This document shows, piece by piece, positions 1 through 16,094 of a stretch of 64,000 nt of DNA. The stretch is taken from the NCBI GenBank assembly GCA_009914755.4, contig CP068257.2, positions 44,576,001-44,640,000 of the forward strand, in the 5' to 3' direction. The position numbers were made by a program, and so were the translations under genes. How positions within the stretch are numbered: the first letter of the stretch is position 1; each line of letters starts with the position of its first letter. Under the pieces are notes generated by a model. It saw only the letters and a list, made by a program, of their open reading frames with translations. It was not told the DNA's origin and ran no database searches. The DNA is from the human T2T-CHM13v2.0 reference genome, Homo sapiens.

Positions 1-355
1 TGTGTGTGCACAGACCTGTGTGTGCATCTGTCTCCATGTACCTACGTCTGTGTGTGGCACAGATGGGATCCTGTGGGTGCATCTGTACGTGTGTGTACAC
101 AGGTGCCTGTGCATGCATACGTGTGTGCACAGACCTGTGTGTGCATCTGTCTCCATGTACCTATGTCAGTGTGTGGCACAGATGGGATGCTGTGGGTGCA
201 TCTGTATGTGTGTGGACACAGGTGCCTGTGTGGGCATGCGTACGTGTGTGCATAGGCCTGTGTGTGCATCTGTCTCCATGTACATCTGTGTGTGCACATC
301 AGTGTGTACACTGATGCCTGCCTGCATGCGTCTGCGTGTGTGTGCACCTGGCACA
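1..355. repeat. TG-rich tandem repeat, about 118-bp unit x3 (tgtgtgcacagacctgtgtgtgcatctgtctccatgtacct...), in LSS intron 20
   Basis: three diverged copies; (TG)n/(CA)n-rich. Confidence 0.85.
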
Positions 356-736
356 TATGTGGCTCAGCACCAGCTGTGAACACAGTAGGGCCACAGAGAG
401 CAGCTGCTGTGACCGTCATCACTACCACACCAGGAAGCAGCATCCTCATCGCAGCCCACCTCGCTGTTTCCATGGGTCCCTGATGTGCTTGCTCTTCCAC
501 TGACATGGCTAATGGTGGGTGGTTCACTTCTAAGAGGCGAGCCTCTCTGCAGGGCCCCACTTGGTCAGAGCAGCCCACGTTCTTGCCCCAGGAACCAGGC
601 ATGTGGCTCTTGTAGGTGTCTGTTCCCAGAGTGGCAGCTGACCTGGCCCACAGGCCTCCCCTCCTCTCTACATTCACTCAGCCCAGGCCACCGGCTCACA
701 GCTGAGTGTCCCTCCTCTACCCAAACCCAAGGCTCA

Positions 737-1045
<309 letters not shown>

Positions 1046-1566
1046 CTACCTAAGGGCCATGGGCCACTACTGAAACCCGAGCTTGACTTTTGCAGATGTG
1101 AACTGGGAACAGATACTCCTGCCTCCCAGAGTCGCTGGGAAGACAAAGGGACATGCGAGTACCGAGGATGGCCTCACGGACGCGTCAGGCTGAGTGAGGT
1201 CTGCAGTGCTTGGGAGCAGCGTCTCACAAGCTGCACTCAGCCAAGCACGGTGCTCCCCACCTCTAAACATCCACACGGCAGACTCTGGGAGACAGTGGGG
1301 CAGCTGGAGACAGGGCTGGGAGAGAGTCCGGCGGCTGGAGACACGGCTGGGACCGGAGATCTCCTGCCTTCTAACCCGCTCCAGCGAGGCCGTGGACCCT
1401 AATCTTCCTACTCAGGGTTGGGAGGCATCTGTATGCCTGGAGGGGCCGGAGACCAGAAGCGTCCCTCCAGCATACATGTCAGGAAGCTCCAGAGAGCTGT
1501 GGGACCAGGGAAACATCTTCATTTCAACCGGGGATCTTATCTCACTGTTTAAAAATATTAAAAACA

Positions 1567-1856
1567 GGCCAGGCACATTGGCTCATGCCTGTAACCCCAG
1601 CACTTTGGAAGGCCGAGGTAGGAAGACTGCTTGAGCCCAAACCAGTGTGAGCAACACAGCAAGACTCCATCTCTACATAAAAGTTTTAAAAGATTAGCCC
1701 GGGGTGGTGGCGTGCACCTGTGATCCCAGCTACTCGGGAGGATCGCTTGAGCCCACGAGTTTGAGACTGCAGTGAGCTAGGATCATGCCACTGCATGTCA
1801 GCCCGGTTGACAGAGCGAGACTCCGTCTCAAAAACAAACAAACAAACAAACAAACC
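1567..1856 (+). mobile_element. Alu (AluJ/S-like) with a (CAAA)n tail
   Basis: ggccaggcacattggctcatgcctgtaaccccagcactttgg...; dimeric structure. Confidence 0.9.
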
Positions 1857-1942
1857 CTAAAACCAAATGTCAAAGCAAAAAACACTCATGACAGAGCATT
1901 GGGTTGAGAACCCCCACCCACCAGAGGACAGGCACTCACTCA

Positions 1943-2140
<198 letters not shown>

Positions 2141-2468
2141 TCAGGCATTAAGGCCGTGGAAGACAGCAGCTCTGTCTGCTGGACCCTAAGAGCAAGCAGA
2201 AAGGGTGGAGGGAATAGCCACGCTCAGGCTACAGCGCGCTCCCAGCAGCCCGGCTGCGCCCAGCAACGTACTGAGCAATTTCCACCGGGGCAAAGGCCAC
2301 GCATGCCACAAAGGAACGAGGTCCCCCAGAAGTCACGGGCTGGCAGCTCACTTCCAGAAACTTCTGGTGTAGCAACAACATACAAGCCAACATTTATGAA
2401 CGCAGTGTGTGAGAGCAGAAACCTCTGGATCCCATGCATCTCTGCACTCACGAGTGGAGGCTCACTCA

Positions 2469-2585
<117 letters not shown>

Positions 2586-3875
2586 CTATCCCAATTCCAT
2601 CCTTTCCAGGGTCTCAAAAGAATGAGAATGGTCTCCCTTAAAAACCACATAAAAATAAACAGTTTACACAGACCGATGAGGGTTTTAAAAAGAAGCAACC
2701 ACAGGACACCAGAGCGGGAAGCGGATTGGCAGAGTCTGAGAAAGGGACGTGAGGGGAAAGCAAGGCCTTGGGAAGCCCCTGCAGACACAGCTGCAAACAG
2801 GAGCAGCATCCCTGAGATCCAGTGACCCAGGCTTGAGCAAACCCAACAAAGTGAACTAAATAAAAACAGGAAAAAATCAATTAGAGAGAAAACAATAGAT
2901 TTAGAAGACAAGACCCATCCTACATCTAACTGATATTTCCAAAAAATAACCAGTTCTCTGAAAAGGCCAGAGCGAAGTGTCTACTCCAGTGTCACCCTGT
3001 GGGACGTGGGACTTGTCTTTAACCAGCAGATCACGGCAGGGTTGATGGGTGCGGGTCCTGGGACCGAGGTCTGTGTGACCGCGACTCCCATGGTGCTAGC
3101 AGACTCCCTCTACCAACTCTCCCTTCTCGCTTTTGTGAAGATGCCATCTAGAGAGGCCCCGCAGCAGACGGCAGTCGGCAGCTTCCAGCTGAGGAATGGG
3201 ATCGTGCCGAGGACCCTGTGTGCTCAGAGGCAGATCCTTCCTCACTGGAAGCTCAGGCGAGACCCCAGTCCTGGCTAACACCCTGACTGAAGCCCGGAGA
3301 GACCCTGAGGCAGAGGACGACCTGCGAGGCCGCGCCTGGACTTCTGACACACAGAAACGGTGAAGTAATCAATGTGTGTTGTTCTAAGCCACTAGGTTTG
3401 TACTAATATTGTTACTCGGCAACAGGTAACAAATACAAATAGTCAAAGTACAAATTAGTAATATTAGCAATAAAAAGATAGAACTACAGATATGGTGAGA
3501 AATGACAAGAAAGTTTTATGTATTACATTTGCAAACTTAGAGAAAATATCTACAAATTAGAAAGATTAACTTATCAAAACTGGCTCAATCAAGAAATAGA
3601 GAACCTAAACAGTCCTAAAACTACTAAAAAAATGAGTCAAAATGTAAACTTTTCCCAGAAAAAAAACTCTAGGCCTAGGAATTTTATAAATGAATGCAAC
3701 TAAATTATCAGACACACTCATTCTAATCTCACACAAACTCTTCCAGAGAACAGAAAGGAGGAACACTCTCTAGCTCATTCTAGGAACCCAGAGAAATAAG
3801 ATATGGAAAAGTGAAAATTTCAGGCTCACTCATGAACACAGATGCAAAACTCCAAATTAAAACTGAGAAACTGCT

Positions 3876-4283
<408 letters not shown>

Positions 4284-4320
4284 TTAACAAAGGACACAAA
4301 TATATAATCATCTCAAAGCA

Positions 4321-4548
4321 GACGGGAGTTTGAGACCAGCCTGGGCAACAGAGCAAGATCCCATCTCTACAAAAAAATTGAAAAATTAGCTGAACGTAGT
4401 GGCACATGCCTGTGGTCCTAGCTGCTCAGGAGGCTGAGACAGGAGGATTCCTTAAGCCCAGGAGTTTGAGGCTGCAGTGAGCTATGATGGCACCACTGCA
4501 CTCTGCCTGGGCAACAGAGTAAGACTGCGTCCCTTAAAAAAAAAAAAA
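4321..4548 (+). mobile_element. 5'-truncated Alu
   Basis: gagtttgagaccagcctgggcaacagagcaagat...; polyA. Confidence 0.8.
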
Positions 4549-4599
4549 AGGGTCAGTTGTTTTCCTACCAGCAATGAACAATTAGATTTTGACATTTAA

Positions 4600-6395
4600 A
4601 ACACAACGCCATTTACATTAGCACCAAAAAAATGAAATCCTTAGGTATAAACAACAAAATATGTACAAGATCTATATATGATGAAAACTACAAAATTCTG
4701 ATGAAAGAAATAAAAGATCTTTCCAACTTGAGCTACAGATTCAATGTAATCCCAATCAAAGTCTCAGCAAGTTATTTTGTAAACTATTGACAAACTGACT
4801 CTAAAATGTATATGGAGAGGGAAAAAACCTAGAATAGTCAAAACACTATTGAAGAGAACACTGAAGTGAGAACAGGGGCGGTAACTGACTGCAAGGCCTA
4901 CTACAGAGCTACAGGAACCAAGACAGTGTGGGATTGCTGAGAAGAACAAACAGATCAATGCAATGGAACAGAGAGCTCAGAAATAGACCCATGCAAATGC
5001 AGTCAACTGATTTTTTACAAAGAAACAAAGGCAACAAAATGACCCAAAAAGAGTCTTCTTGACAGATGGTACCAAAACAACTGGACATCCACATGCAAAA
5101 AAAAAAAAAAAAAAAAAAAAAATCTAGACACAAACCATAAACCCTTCACAAAAGTTAACTCAAAATGAATCATGGACCTAGATGTAAAATGCAAAACTTT
5201 AAAAATCCTAGAATATAACACAGGAAAAAATCTAGGTACCCTTGGGCTTGGCAGTAACTTTTTAGATACAACACCAAAAACATGATACATGAAAGAGAAC
5301 ATTGATAAGCTGGACTTCCTTGAAATGAAAACTGGCTCTGCAAAAGATACTGTTAATAGAATGAAAAGACAAGACACAGGCAGAAAATATTTGCAAAAGA
5401 CATATCTGATAAAGGACTGGCAGCCAAAATATATGAAGAACTAAAACTCAACAATAAGAAAATTTAATTTAAAAATGAGCCAAAGACTTTAAAGGACACA
5501 TCACTGAAAAAGATACACAGATGGCAAATAACTATATGACAAGATTTTAACATAATGTCATTAGGGAATTGCAAATTGAAACAAGGAGATACCACTACAC
5601 ACCTCTTAGAAAGGCTAAAACCCAAAACACAACAGCAAATGCTGGTGAGGATGTGAAGCAACAAAACGCTCATCATTGCTGGTGGAAACGCAAATGGTGC
5701 AGCCACTTAAGATACAGTTTGGCAGCTTCTTACAGAACTAAACACACTCTTACCATAGGATCCCGCAATCATGCTTCTTGGCATTTACCCAAATGAGCTG
5801 AAAACTTATGTGCACGCTAACATTGATAGCAACTTTATTCATAGTTGCCAAAACTTGGAAGCAAGCAAGACATTCACCTTAGTAGGTGAATGAATAAACT
5901 GTGGTACATCCAGACAATGGAATATTATTCAGCACTAAAAAGAAATGTGCTATTGAGCCATAGAAAGAGACTCAGGAATCTTAAATGCTTCTTACTAAGT
6001 GAAATAGGTCAGTCTGAAAAGGCAAAACTATGGAGACAGTAAAAATATCAGTGTTTGCTACTAAGGGGTTCTGGAGGCGGGGACAGCGCAGAGGACTCCG
6101 GGGCAGTGAGATCCTGTGTGACACTGCAGTGGTGGGCACATGCATCACACATCTGTGAAACCACAGAATGAACAACATGAAGAGGAAGCTGAATGTAAAC
6201 AATGGACTCTGGACGATAATAATTTATGAATGTTGCAAACGCACCACTTGAATGCAAGATGTTAGTACTGGGGAAACTTGAGGGAAGGTGCGAGGAGTTA
6301 GCGGCTTTATGGGAACACTGCATCTTCCACTCAAATTTTCTGTAAATTTAAAGCTGCTATAAAAGATAAAGTACATAAATTTTTTTAAAAGTTTA
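4600..6395 (+). mobile_element. L1 (old L1M/L1MB-type) 3' fragment: ORF2 C-terminal region plus 3'UTR, with an internal A-run at 5098-5130
   Basis: matches L1 ORF2/3'UTR sequence (gccatttaca.tagcaccaaaaa..., ...ataccactacacacctattagaatggctaaaa..., ...gaatgtacaacaccaagagtgaaccctaatgtaaactatggactttgg...). Confidence 0.8.
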
Positions 6396-7244
6396 GCAAA
6401 ATTGTCTAGCTATGAGATCAGTATCAAAATCAATTGCATAAGAATCTATGCGTCCACAGTGATAAATAAGTAAATAAACAGAGGCAAAGGAAAAGCTTTT
6501 GGAAGAACACCAACTAATACATATGGAAGGAATGATAATTTTGTAAGCATTATGCAAATAATTGATTCAGGCAAGAATCATCATCAAATGCTAACACTAA
6601 CAGGTATAAGTATGATGAGAAATAGGACGTTTACATAGTCTAAAACTGTCTCCCCACAAAGAAAAAAAAAGCAACTTCATAGCGGAGAAACTAAGTACAG
6701 CGGTCATCACCTTAATCAAGGGATCAAAGTTGGTGTGTGCTTCCTGGTAAGGTGCAGGAGAAGGCCCCATTTCTTCTGCAATCTTCCTGACAAAAATGTA
6801 GTTTCATAACCTGAATCTAATCACGAGACACCAGAAAAAAAAAAACACTGAGGATATTCTACAAAATAACTTGTGGAACAATTCAAAAATGACAAAGTCA
6901 TCAAACACAAGGAAAGATTAAGGAATTATTCCAGGTTAAAAGGGTGTCAATGTGATAACTAAATGCAACCCATGTGCACAGTGAGAAGGGTAAGGAAAAC
7001 AGAAAAAGAAAAGAAAAATAATTAAAAATAAACAAATGCAACCCATGATATTGGATTAAAGCTTGAGGGAAGATTTTGCCATAAAGGACATTATTGGAAC
7101 AATTAGGCCTGCAGATTAGTATTTCATCAACATTAACATTCTGACTTACACTTGCACAAAAGAATACACCTGCTAAGAAATACTCAGGCAGTTAGGGGTA
7201 CACATCCTATCTGCAAATTCCTTTCCAATGGTTCAAGAAAGAAT

Positions 7245-8146
7245 GGGCCTGGATCATGTGGGAAGACAGGTAATGAAGCCCTGAGGGTAGAGCCTGGATC
7301 ATGTGGGAGGACAGGTCATGAAGCCCTGAGGGTAGAGCCTGGATCACGTGGGAGGACAGGTCATGAAGTCCTCAGGGTAGAGCCTGGATCATGTGGGAGG
7401 AAGGGTCATGAAGCCCTGAGGGTAGAGCCTGGATCACGTGGGAGGACAGGTCATGAAGCCCTGAGGGTAGAGCCTGGATCACGTGGGAGGACAGGTCATG
7501 AAGCCCTGAGGGTAGAGCCTGGATCACGTGGGAGGACAGGTCATGAAGCCCTGAGGGTAGAGCCTGGATCACGTGGGAGGACAGGTCATGAAGCCCTGAG
7601 GGTAGAGCCTGGATCACGTGGGAGGACAGGTCATGAAGCCCTGAGGGTAGAGCCTGGATCACGTGGGAGGACAGGTCATGAAGCCCTCAGGGTAGAGCCT
7701 GGATCACGTGGGAGGACAGGTCATGAAGCCCTGAGGGTAGAGCCTGGATCACGTGGGAGGACAGGTCATGAAGCCCTGAGGGTAGAGCCTGGATCACGTG
7801 GGAGGACAGGTCATGAAGCCCTGAGGGTAGAGCCTGGATCACGTGGGAGGACAGGTCATGAAGCCCTGAGGGTAGAGCCTGGATCACGTGGGAGGACAGG
7901 TCATGAAGCCCTCAGGGTAGAGCCTGGATCACGTGGGAGGACAGGTCATGAAGCCCTGAGGGTAGAGCCTGGATCACGTGGGAGGACAGGTCATGAAGCC
8001 CTGAGGGTAGAGCCTGGATCACGTGGGAGGACAGGTCATGAAGCCCTGAGGGTAGAGCCTGGATCATGTGGGAGGACAGGTCATGAAGCCCTGAGGGTAG
8101 AGCCTGGATCATGTGGGAGGACAGGTCATGAAGCCCTCAGGGTAGG
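7245..8146. repeat. 45-bp minisatellite/VNTR, about 20 copies (gagcctggatcacgtgggaggacaggtcatgaagccctgagggta), in LSS intron 17
   Basis: perfect or near-perfect head-to-tail units; the variant positions (acgtg/atgtg, ctgagg/ctcagg) recur every 5 units (225 bp) in the 3' half, a higher-order structure. Confidence 0.95.
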
Positions 8147-8291
8147 GTGCCACCCACTAAAGAATTCTAGTCAGAGTAAACAGGAGCACTTTTCAGTATT
8201 TTTGTAACTTTTCTATAAATTTGTGAATTTAAGGGAGAATTTAAGTCTGTCTAGTAAAATAGAATATTCCATATAAATAGTGTTAAAGTAA

Positions 8292-8636
<345 letters not shown>

Positions 8637-8654
8637 TTTAAAATCTTAATATAG

Positions 8655-8981
<327 letters not shown>

Positions 8982-9142
8982 CTAATATATTTAACCATTT
9001 AAAAGTTAAAAACTTATGTTCATACTCCCTAAAGAGATAAAAAGAACAAAGAAATTGAGGGGAAAATATCTGTAACATAATACACAAATACTTACTGTGC
9101 TTAAAAATGAAAGAAAAAACTTCCTGGTGAAAATTTTAAAAA

Positions 9143-9425
9143 TGGCTGGGTGTGGTGGCTCACTCTGTAATCCCAGCATTTGGGGAGGCCGAGGTGGGAG
9201 GATTGCTTGAGCCCAGCAGTTCAAGACCAGCCTGAGCAACATTTAAAAAATACAAAACATTTAAAAAATTAGCCACAGGTGATGGTATGCACCTGTAGTC
9301 CCAGCTACTCAGGAGGCTGAGGTGGGAGGATTGCTTGAGCCCGGAAGTTTGAGACTGTGGTGAGCCATGATTTTGCTACTGCACTCCAGCCTAGGTAACA
9401 GAGTGAGACCCTGCTTCAAACAAAT
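9143..9425 (+). mobile_element. Alu
   Basis: ggctgggtgtggtggctcactctgtaatcccagcatttgggg... Confidence 0.9.
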
Positions 9426-10523
9426 AAACAAAAAAAGAATGTTCTAGCTTGGAAGTCACCAAAGAAATGCAGAGGAAGCCCGCGATTAAGTCACCACTGC
9501 TCCCCTGCGGGCCACATCCGGGACTCATTGTTCTACACAGTGACAACAACTGACATGTGCTTCCCTGTGGCATCTCACACAATCCCACCACTCTGTGAGG
9601 CTGTACTCTTGCCCACTCAGGCAGGGAGAGAGATGAGCAGAGAAGAGAAGTCACCAGGCCAGGTCAGACAGCCAGAAGGGGCAGGGATGGGGGCTGACCC
9701 AGGCAGGTGGACCCCAAGCCATGTGGCTCTAGGGAATAATAATGGTCATGAATAAATATTTAACAAGAAAATACCAGTTAAGGTTAAAATGGGGAAAAGC
9801 TAAAAAACAACAAGGAAAACTGAAAAATAACCCAGAGGCTACTGAGTAAAATGACACAACACCTGTGCCATTACTGCTCGTGCTGGAGGAGCGCGCTCAA
9901 TGGTGGGGCTTTTAGAAACCTCACCAGGCACAAAGTGGGCCAGGCGTGAAAGGGGCAGCAAGCCGCCATGGAAATGTGGAGACCAAACAGCAACAGCAGA
10001 TTCTCCTTCAGGGGCGAGGAGGGGCGACTTAGCTTCTTCTTTGCGCTTCTCTGTATTTTGCAAGTCTTGTTTGCAAAGAACCTGCTTTACTTTTATTACA
10101 GTGATTTTTAAAAGATGATCTATTTTTTAAAAGGCCAATTCTCTAAATGTGGCTGAGGACAACTCACGCCCACCTCATGCCGCAGAGCAGCACATGGCCG
10201 AGGGCCACGCCAGGCCGACAGAAGACCCTGGACACAGTGCCCTCCTAGCTGCACCTGTGAAGCACAAGAAAACCCCTGCTCCATCCACGGCTTCCAAAAA
10301 AACCACACCAGAACATTCTCAGATTGTAAATGAAGCAGCATACTCCCACATAACTCATGGGCCAGAGAAGAACAGTAGAAACAGAAAACACTTTTAGTAT
10401 CTGTGCTACCACAGCAAGCACCAGAACACACATTTAACTGAATGATATCTCAAAACTCATTTATAGCCTCAAATGCATATTTCAATAAAAGCCTGAAAAT
10501 CAAATATCTAAGTATTCAAGTTA

Positions 10524-10945
<422 letters not shown>

Positions 10946-11162
10946 TCAGTATAAGATTCTCAGAAGGAAGAGGAGGATGTCAGCGTTGGGCTCAGAGCCA
11001 TCTAAGAGGACACTGAACAACTTTGCATGAATCAGTGTAAAGCTGAGTGGAAATGGGAAGACTCCCCAGACTGATACAAAAATGGAAAATCTGCTCAGTC
11101 CTATAAACTATTAAAGAAATTACACCGCACTCCAGCCTGAGTGAGAGAGCTAGAACCCATCT

Positions 11163-11198
11163 CAAAAAAAAAAGAAAGAAAGAAAGAAAGAAAGAAAT
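11163..11198. repeat. (GAAA)n microsatellite at the tail of an Alu fragment
   Basis: gaaagaaagaaagaaagaaagaaa. Confidence 0.9.
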
Positions 11199-12375
11199 TG
11201 AACTTCTAATTTAAAAACTTTCCTCAAAGAAATCTCCAGGCCCAACTGGCATTTCCGGTAATTTTTCCCAAACATTTAAGGCAGAAATATTATGAATATT
11301 ACATAAATTCTTCCAAAGAGTATTTTAAAAGCATTTTCCAACTGCTTTTCTAAGTCCAGCATCATCTTAACAGGAAAACCTGACAAAAACATTATAAAGA
11401 AAAAAAAATTATAGACCAGCGTCTCTTGTAACCAGAGTTGCTAAAATCCTAACAAAATATTCTTCAAATTGAATCTAGCAATATATAAAAAGGACAGTGC
11501 ATTGTGACCAAGGTGAGTCTACACCAGGTTGAACAAAAGTAAAAAAATGTAATCGTGATAGGATAAAGAAGAACCTACAAAAATCACATACCCTATAACG
11601 TACCCTCTAACACAGCAATGCCACTCCTAGGTACGTGACCATGAGAAATGGGTACCCAGGTGCCCCCAAAAGATAAGTACAAGAGTGTTCACAGTAGATG
11701 CTTCATAATAACCCAGACTGAAATCCTCCCAGGTGCTGAGAACAGGCAGCTGGATAGCGCGGCATCTGTGTTCAACCGAAGGCCCGAGGGAGAGAACGCT
11801 GCTGTTACCCGAGCCACCTGACTAACCGCGAGCAGGAGAGCAGGAGAGCAGGAGAAGGCAACACGAATTCCACACCTCAGGAGTCCACCTAGACAAGATC
11901 CAAAGCGAGCAACAGACACCCACGACCTGGCAGGCATGTGGGCGGCCCCGTCATGGGGCGGGCCGAGGGCTCTGGTGGTGTCACCATGTCTAATGCTGGC
12001 ACTGTTCGCTTCCTGTTTGCTTCAAGAAGACCAACCTGTACACTTTTCTGAATACTTGCTACCCTTCAACAGGAAAGGTTACTTAAAAACCGTTTCTGGG
12101 ACACCGGTGGAGTCAGGTATGTGATGTCTTCTTAACATTATTAAAAGAGAGAGAAAATCCATTTTTGTATTATAACTGTGCTATTCTGAGCCCCTAACAG
12201 ATATTTTGTATGCTTTAGGGCATATGACTGGATTCCACAACATCCGAAGCCTCTTGCATGTTTCCATGAGTTTCGCTTCTGAGATGGGCCACCAGGGCCG
12301 TGTCACAGAATGATGCGTCTGGGTCTTGGCCCCCGACTTGGCAGCGCCCACACTGAATGGCTGAGACCCTCCTTA

Positions 12376-12516
<141 letters not shown>

Positions 12517-13168
12517 TCACCCTGGCTGCCCAGGCTCTGCAGCTCAGGCAAAGCCACAACAAGCAAGAGTGTTGCAGTGAGCCCGGGCCCGGACGCTGCC
12601 TCCCTGACCAACCTCCAGAGCAAACGCCGGCTGGTCCAGGACACACACCTGTGCTACCTGAGAGCGAAGATGAGGGGAACACAGCAGAAAGCTGCGACCC
12701 CACCCCAAAAAGCCATGTGTGATGTGGAGGGGACCAGGAAGGCGGGTATGTGAGGTGCCCAGAGGTGGACCAGGGCTGAGATCCTCCCCCAAGACCAGTA
12801 CGGTGGCAACCATGCACACACAGCAGCCTACTGCCCATGGCATGGGTCCCCACAGTCCCCACAGTCCCCAAAGACACCTCCCTGCAGGCGCTCTGGATAC
12901 ACAGCAGCCTCCACAGAACACAAGCCCTGTGGACTGAGCAGGAACCAGCCCAGGCTGTGGATCTCACTGGAACCCTCCACTGTCCCCTAGGTCTGACCTG
13001 ATGCCCTCCTATCCACAACACAAGGATCCTGCCACCCCGGGGGATGGAGGAGCGCAGAACAGCCTGGGCTGAGGGAGGGCTCCAGACAGATCTGCCGGTG
13101 AACCTGGGCCCTTGCAGCCTCGGGCAAGGGGGAAAAGCTGGCCCCCAGGTTTGTGTACCACAGTGCTA

Positions 13169-13315
<147 letters not shown>

Positions 13316-13920
13316 TCACAGAGAGCACCCTAGAACTCGCCCATGTGCTGAGCACACACAGGCGCCCAGGGCACAGCGGAACTCTCTAGAGGCAACACTA
13401 GGGCTGACAACCGATGGGGCAGGAACAGGGGGCGGAGAGCTGATTTCCACGTTAACCAAGCCCTCGGGTGCCCCAAGCAGCAGCTGCAACCTCATCTGTC
13501 AGGGCCTCCATGCACAGCCACCAGGGAACATGCCCCCACACGTGCCCATGACTTAGAAACCAAGTCTGTGCTGCCAGAAAAGGGCAGGGTCTCCACTGGG
13601 AAACACACACAAAAGCCAGATGTGCTGAAAGGATGTGGCACCAAAACCAACACCAACAAATTCCCTCTTCAGACACCCAGTGGAAACCACCAGAGAGAAA
13701 CCTTGGGGGCCACGCCGGCTCCCCCAAGTATCGGTGGCTGGGCTGGACACCAGCTCCGCAGTGCAGGGCCCTGTGCACACAGCCCAGCAAGGCCCCTAGG
13801 GGTCCAGCCAGAGCTCACAGTTCTCCACATATAGACACCATCCAAGGACAAGCTCCTACGGCCTGGCCGGACTGTGTGCTGGGCTGGAGCCCACAGGAGT
13901 GGAAGTGAGCACGCAGCTCA

Positions 13921-14169
<249 letters not shown>

Positions 14170-14791
14170 TCAGAACCTCCCCACAGCCGCACGCATCCCT
14201 CCCCACCACAGAGCACCCGGTCAGGGCAGGGGCCCAGCCACCAAAGGTGTGGGTGCAGCCAGGGCCCCAAGCTGGGTACATCCAGACAGACCTCCAGCTT
14301 CCAGCACAGGGACCCTCAGGGGTGCAGCTCACACCCTCAACACCTGCAGATCTCACGACGGACAGGATGGGGCCCAGGTGCCCCCCACCCCCATTGTAAA
14401 CAGGCAGCAGCAGCTGGGTCCATGCCTAATTTCACAGTCTGCACCTGTGGTCACAGCCCACACCGGCTCTGAGGTCTACTTCTTTCCTCTGCCTTCCCCG
14501 GACACACTGGCTACACTTCGGCTGTCCTTCTGAAGCCTGTGTGTGCCGTGACCACTGGAACTGCTCTGAGGCACGGCTGTGTGTGCAAGCCAACTGTGCC
14601 TCCATGTGCCAGGCAGCTCAGCAACATGAAGCATGAGCCCCTAGGCCAGGCATCCACCACAGCAGGACACCCAAAAACGCCAAGGGAGGAGTCCCCCAGG
14701 GAGGAGCCCCCCCTTCAGAGGGAAGGACCCACCCTGCTGAGGGCGGCCTCCCCTGGGGGACGGGACAGGGATGGGGCTGGCTCCCGCATAC

Positions 14792-14842
14792 CTTGCGCAT
14801 CTGGCGGTAGTACTTCTGGTAGTCGGGAGGGTTATCTGGGAC
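14792..14842 (-). CDS. LSS: LSS exon 14: VPDNPPDYQKYYRQMRK
   Basis: ORF 14618..14911(-); acceptor ctgcccag|GTC CCA; donor CGC AAG|gtatgc. Confidence 0.85.
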
Positions 14843-16094
14843 CTGGGCAGCATCGAGGGCAAATGTGGAAGCAGAGAACACGTCACCACGGGACGTCCCC
14901 ATCTGGGACATCGCTGAGACAGACTGGGCAGGACTGGAGAGGCAGAACGTGCCTGGGAGCTTACTCTGCCGGCCACAGCCACCACTGGTGCTGCGAGGCG
15001 CTCGAGGGCCTGCACCTGTTTAGCTCACCACCCACAGCTGCTGGGAAACGTGACTGGCCAGCGAGGGCTCAAACCAGCCCAGACGGGACTGGGAGTCAGC
15101 ACCTGACTCCCCTGTGATCTCCCCACCGGCCAGAAGGCAGGGAGGGGGCCCAGGTCTCTGCGGGTGTGCTCTGTGCCAGGCGCCCCCAATGCCTCCTGAA
15201 CAACCTCAGCTTCTGGCTGCCTCTCTCACCTCAGTGAGAAGGGAAGAGGCCTGGAGTGCCGTAGGGTTCAGTCAGCCTCCCCAAGTCCCCATCACCCAGA
15301 GCAAGTCCTGGGCAGGAGGCAGGAGCAGGAGCAGGCCGCCATTGGGCCAGGCACAGCAGGACAATGCCCCTCCTCTGCTTGAGCCCAAGATGGGTGCCAG
15401 CCTTGGCCACACAGAGGCCAGGAAGACCCAGAAGCCCTGCAGAACAATGTCCTAGTGAGAGCTGAAGGGAGGGAGACGGGGCTGGGGGGCAGCGGTTCCA
15501 GGCAGAGGGACACTGGCTGAGGCCGTGGCCGGGACAGGGTGTGGGAGACACGGGAGGTTGGGGCGCATGTATGGGATGACTGTGGCTGCAGACTGGGGTG
15601 CAGGCACGTGTGAGAGACACTGAGGTCAAACTATGGGCTCGGGCAGGGTCTGTGGGCAGCTGATCTGGCAGGAGGGACCGGGGCTTTTGCTGCAAACAGT
15701 CTCAGGAGGGCAAGTCCACAGGCTGGCGTCACCTCCATGGGCAGAAGGTGCTTCAGAGACATGGAGGTGCCGTGTAGGCTGTGCAGCTCAGGGTACACAG
15801 CCCCTGCCCGTGCCTGGCCCTTGCACACAGTGGCTCCAACATGAGCAGGACGCAGAAACTGCCAGCACCCCCAGCACCCTGCAGGCCTCAGAGAACTGCC
15901 CCAGGTGAGGCCAGCCCGAGGAGGACCGGTGGATGGAGCAGGGGCTAGGGAGGGGATGGGAGGGTGGGGGTGACCTGAAACACCAGTGCAGGAAATAGGG
16001 CAGGGTGGAGGTGAGGTGGGCACTTCTGCCTGCAGGAGCTCCCAGCCCTGATCCCCCTCTTCAGCCCCCTCAGAGCCCCAGGCACCGGCCTCAC

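Noticed and set aside
7245-8146. CRISPR-like regularity of the 45-bp array and the other tandem arrays
   Set aside because: The units are contiguous with no unique spacers. The sequence is eukaryotic, with no cas genes and no leader. They are minisatellites.
7152-8207. 351-aa plus-strand ORF (GSCGRTGHEALRVEP repeated) and the stacked 66-96 aa minus-strand ORFs
   Set aside because: It is purely the 45-bp VNTR read in frame: 45 is a multiple of 3. It has a periodic 15-aa repeat, no start context and no splice sites, and it is intronic to LSS.
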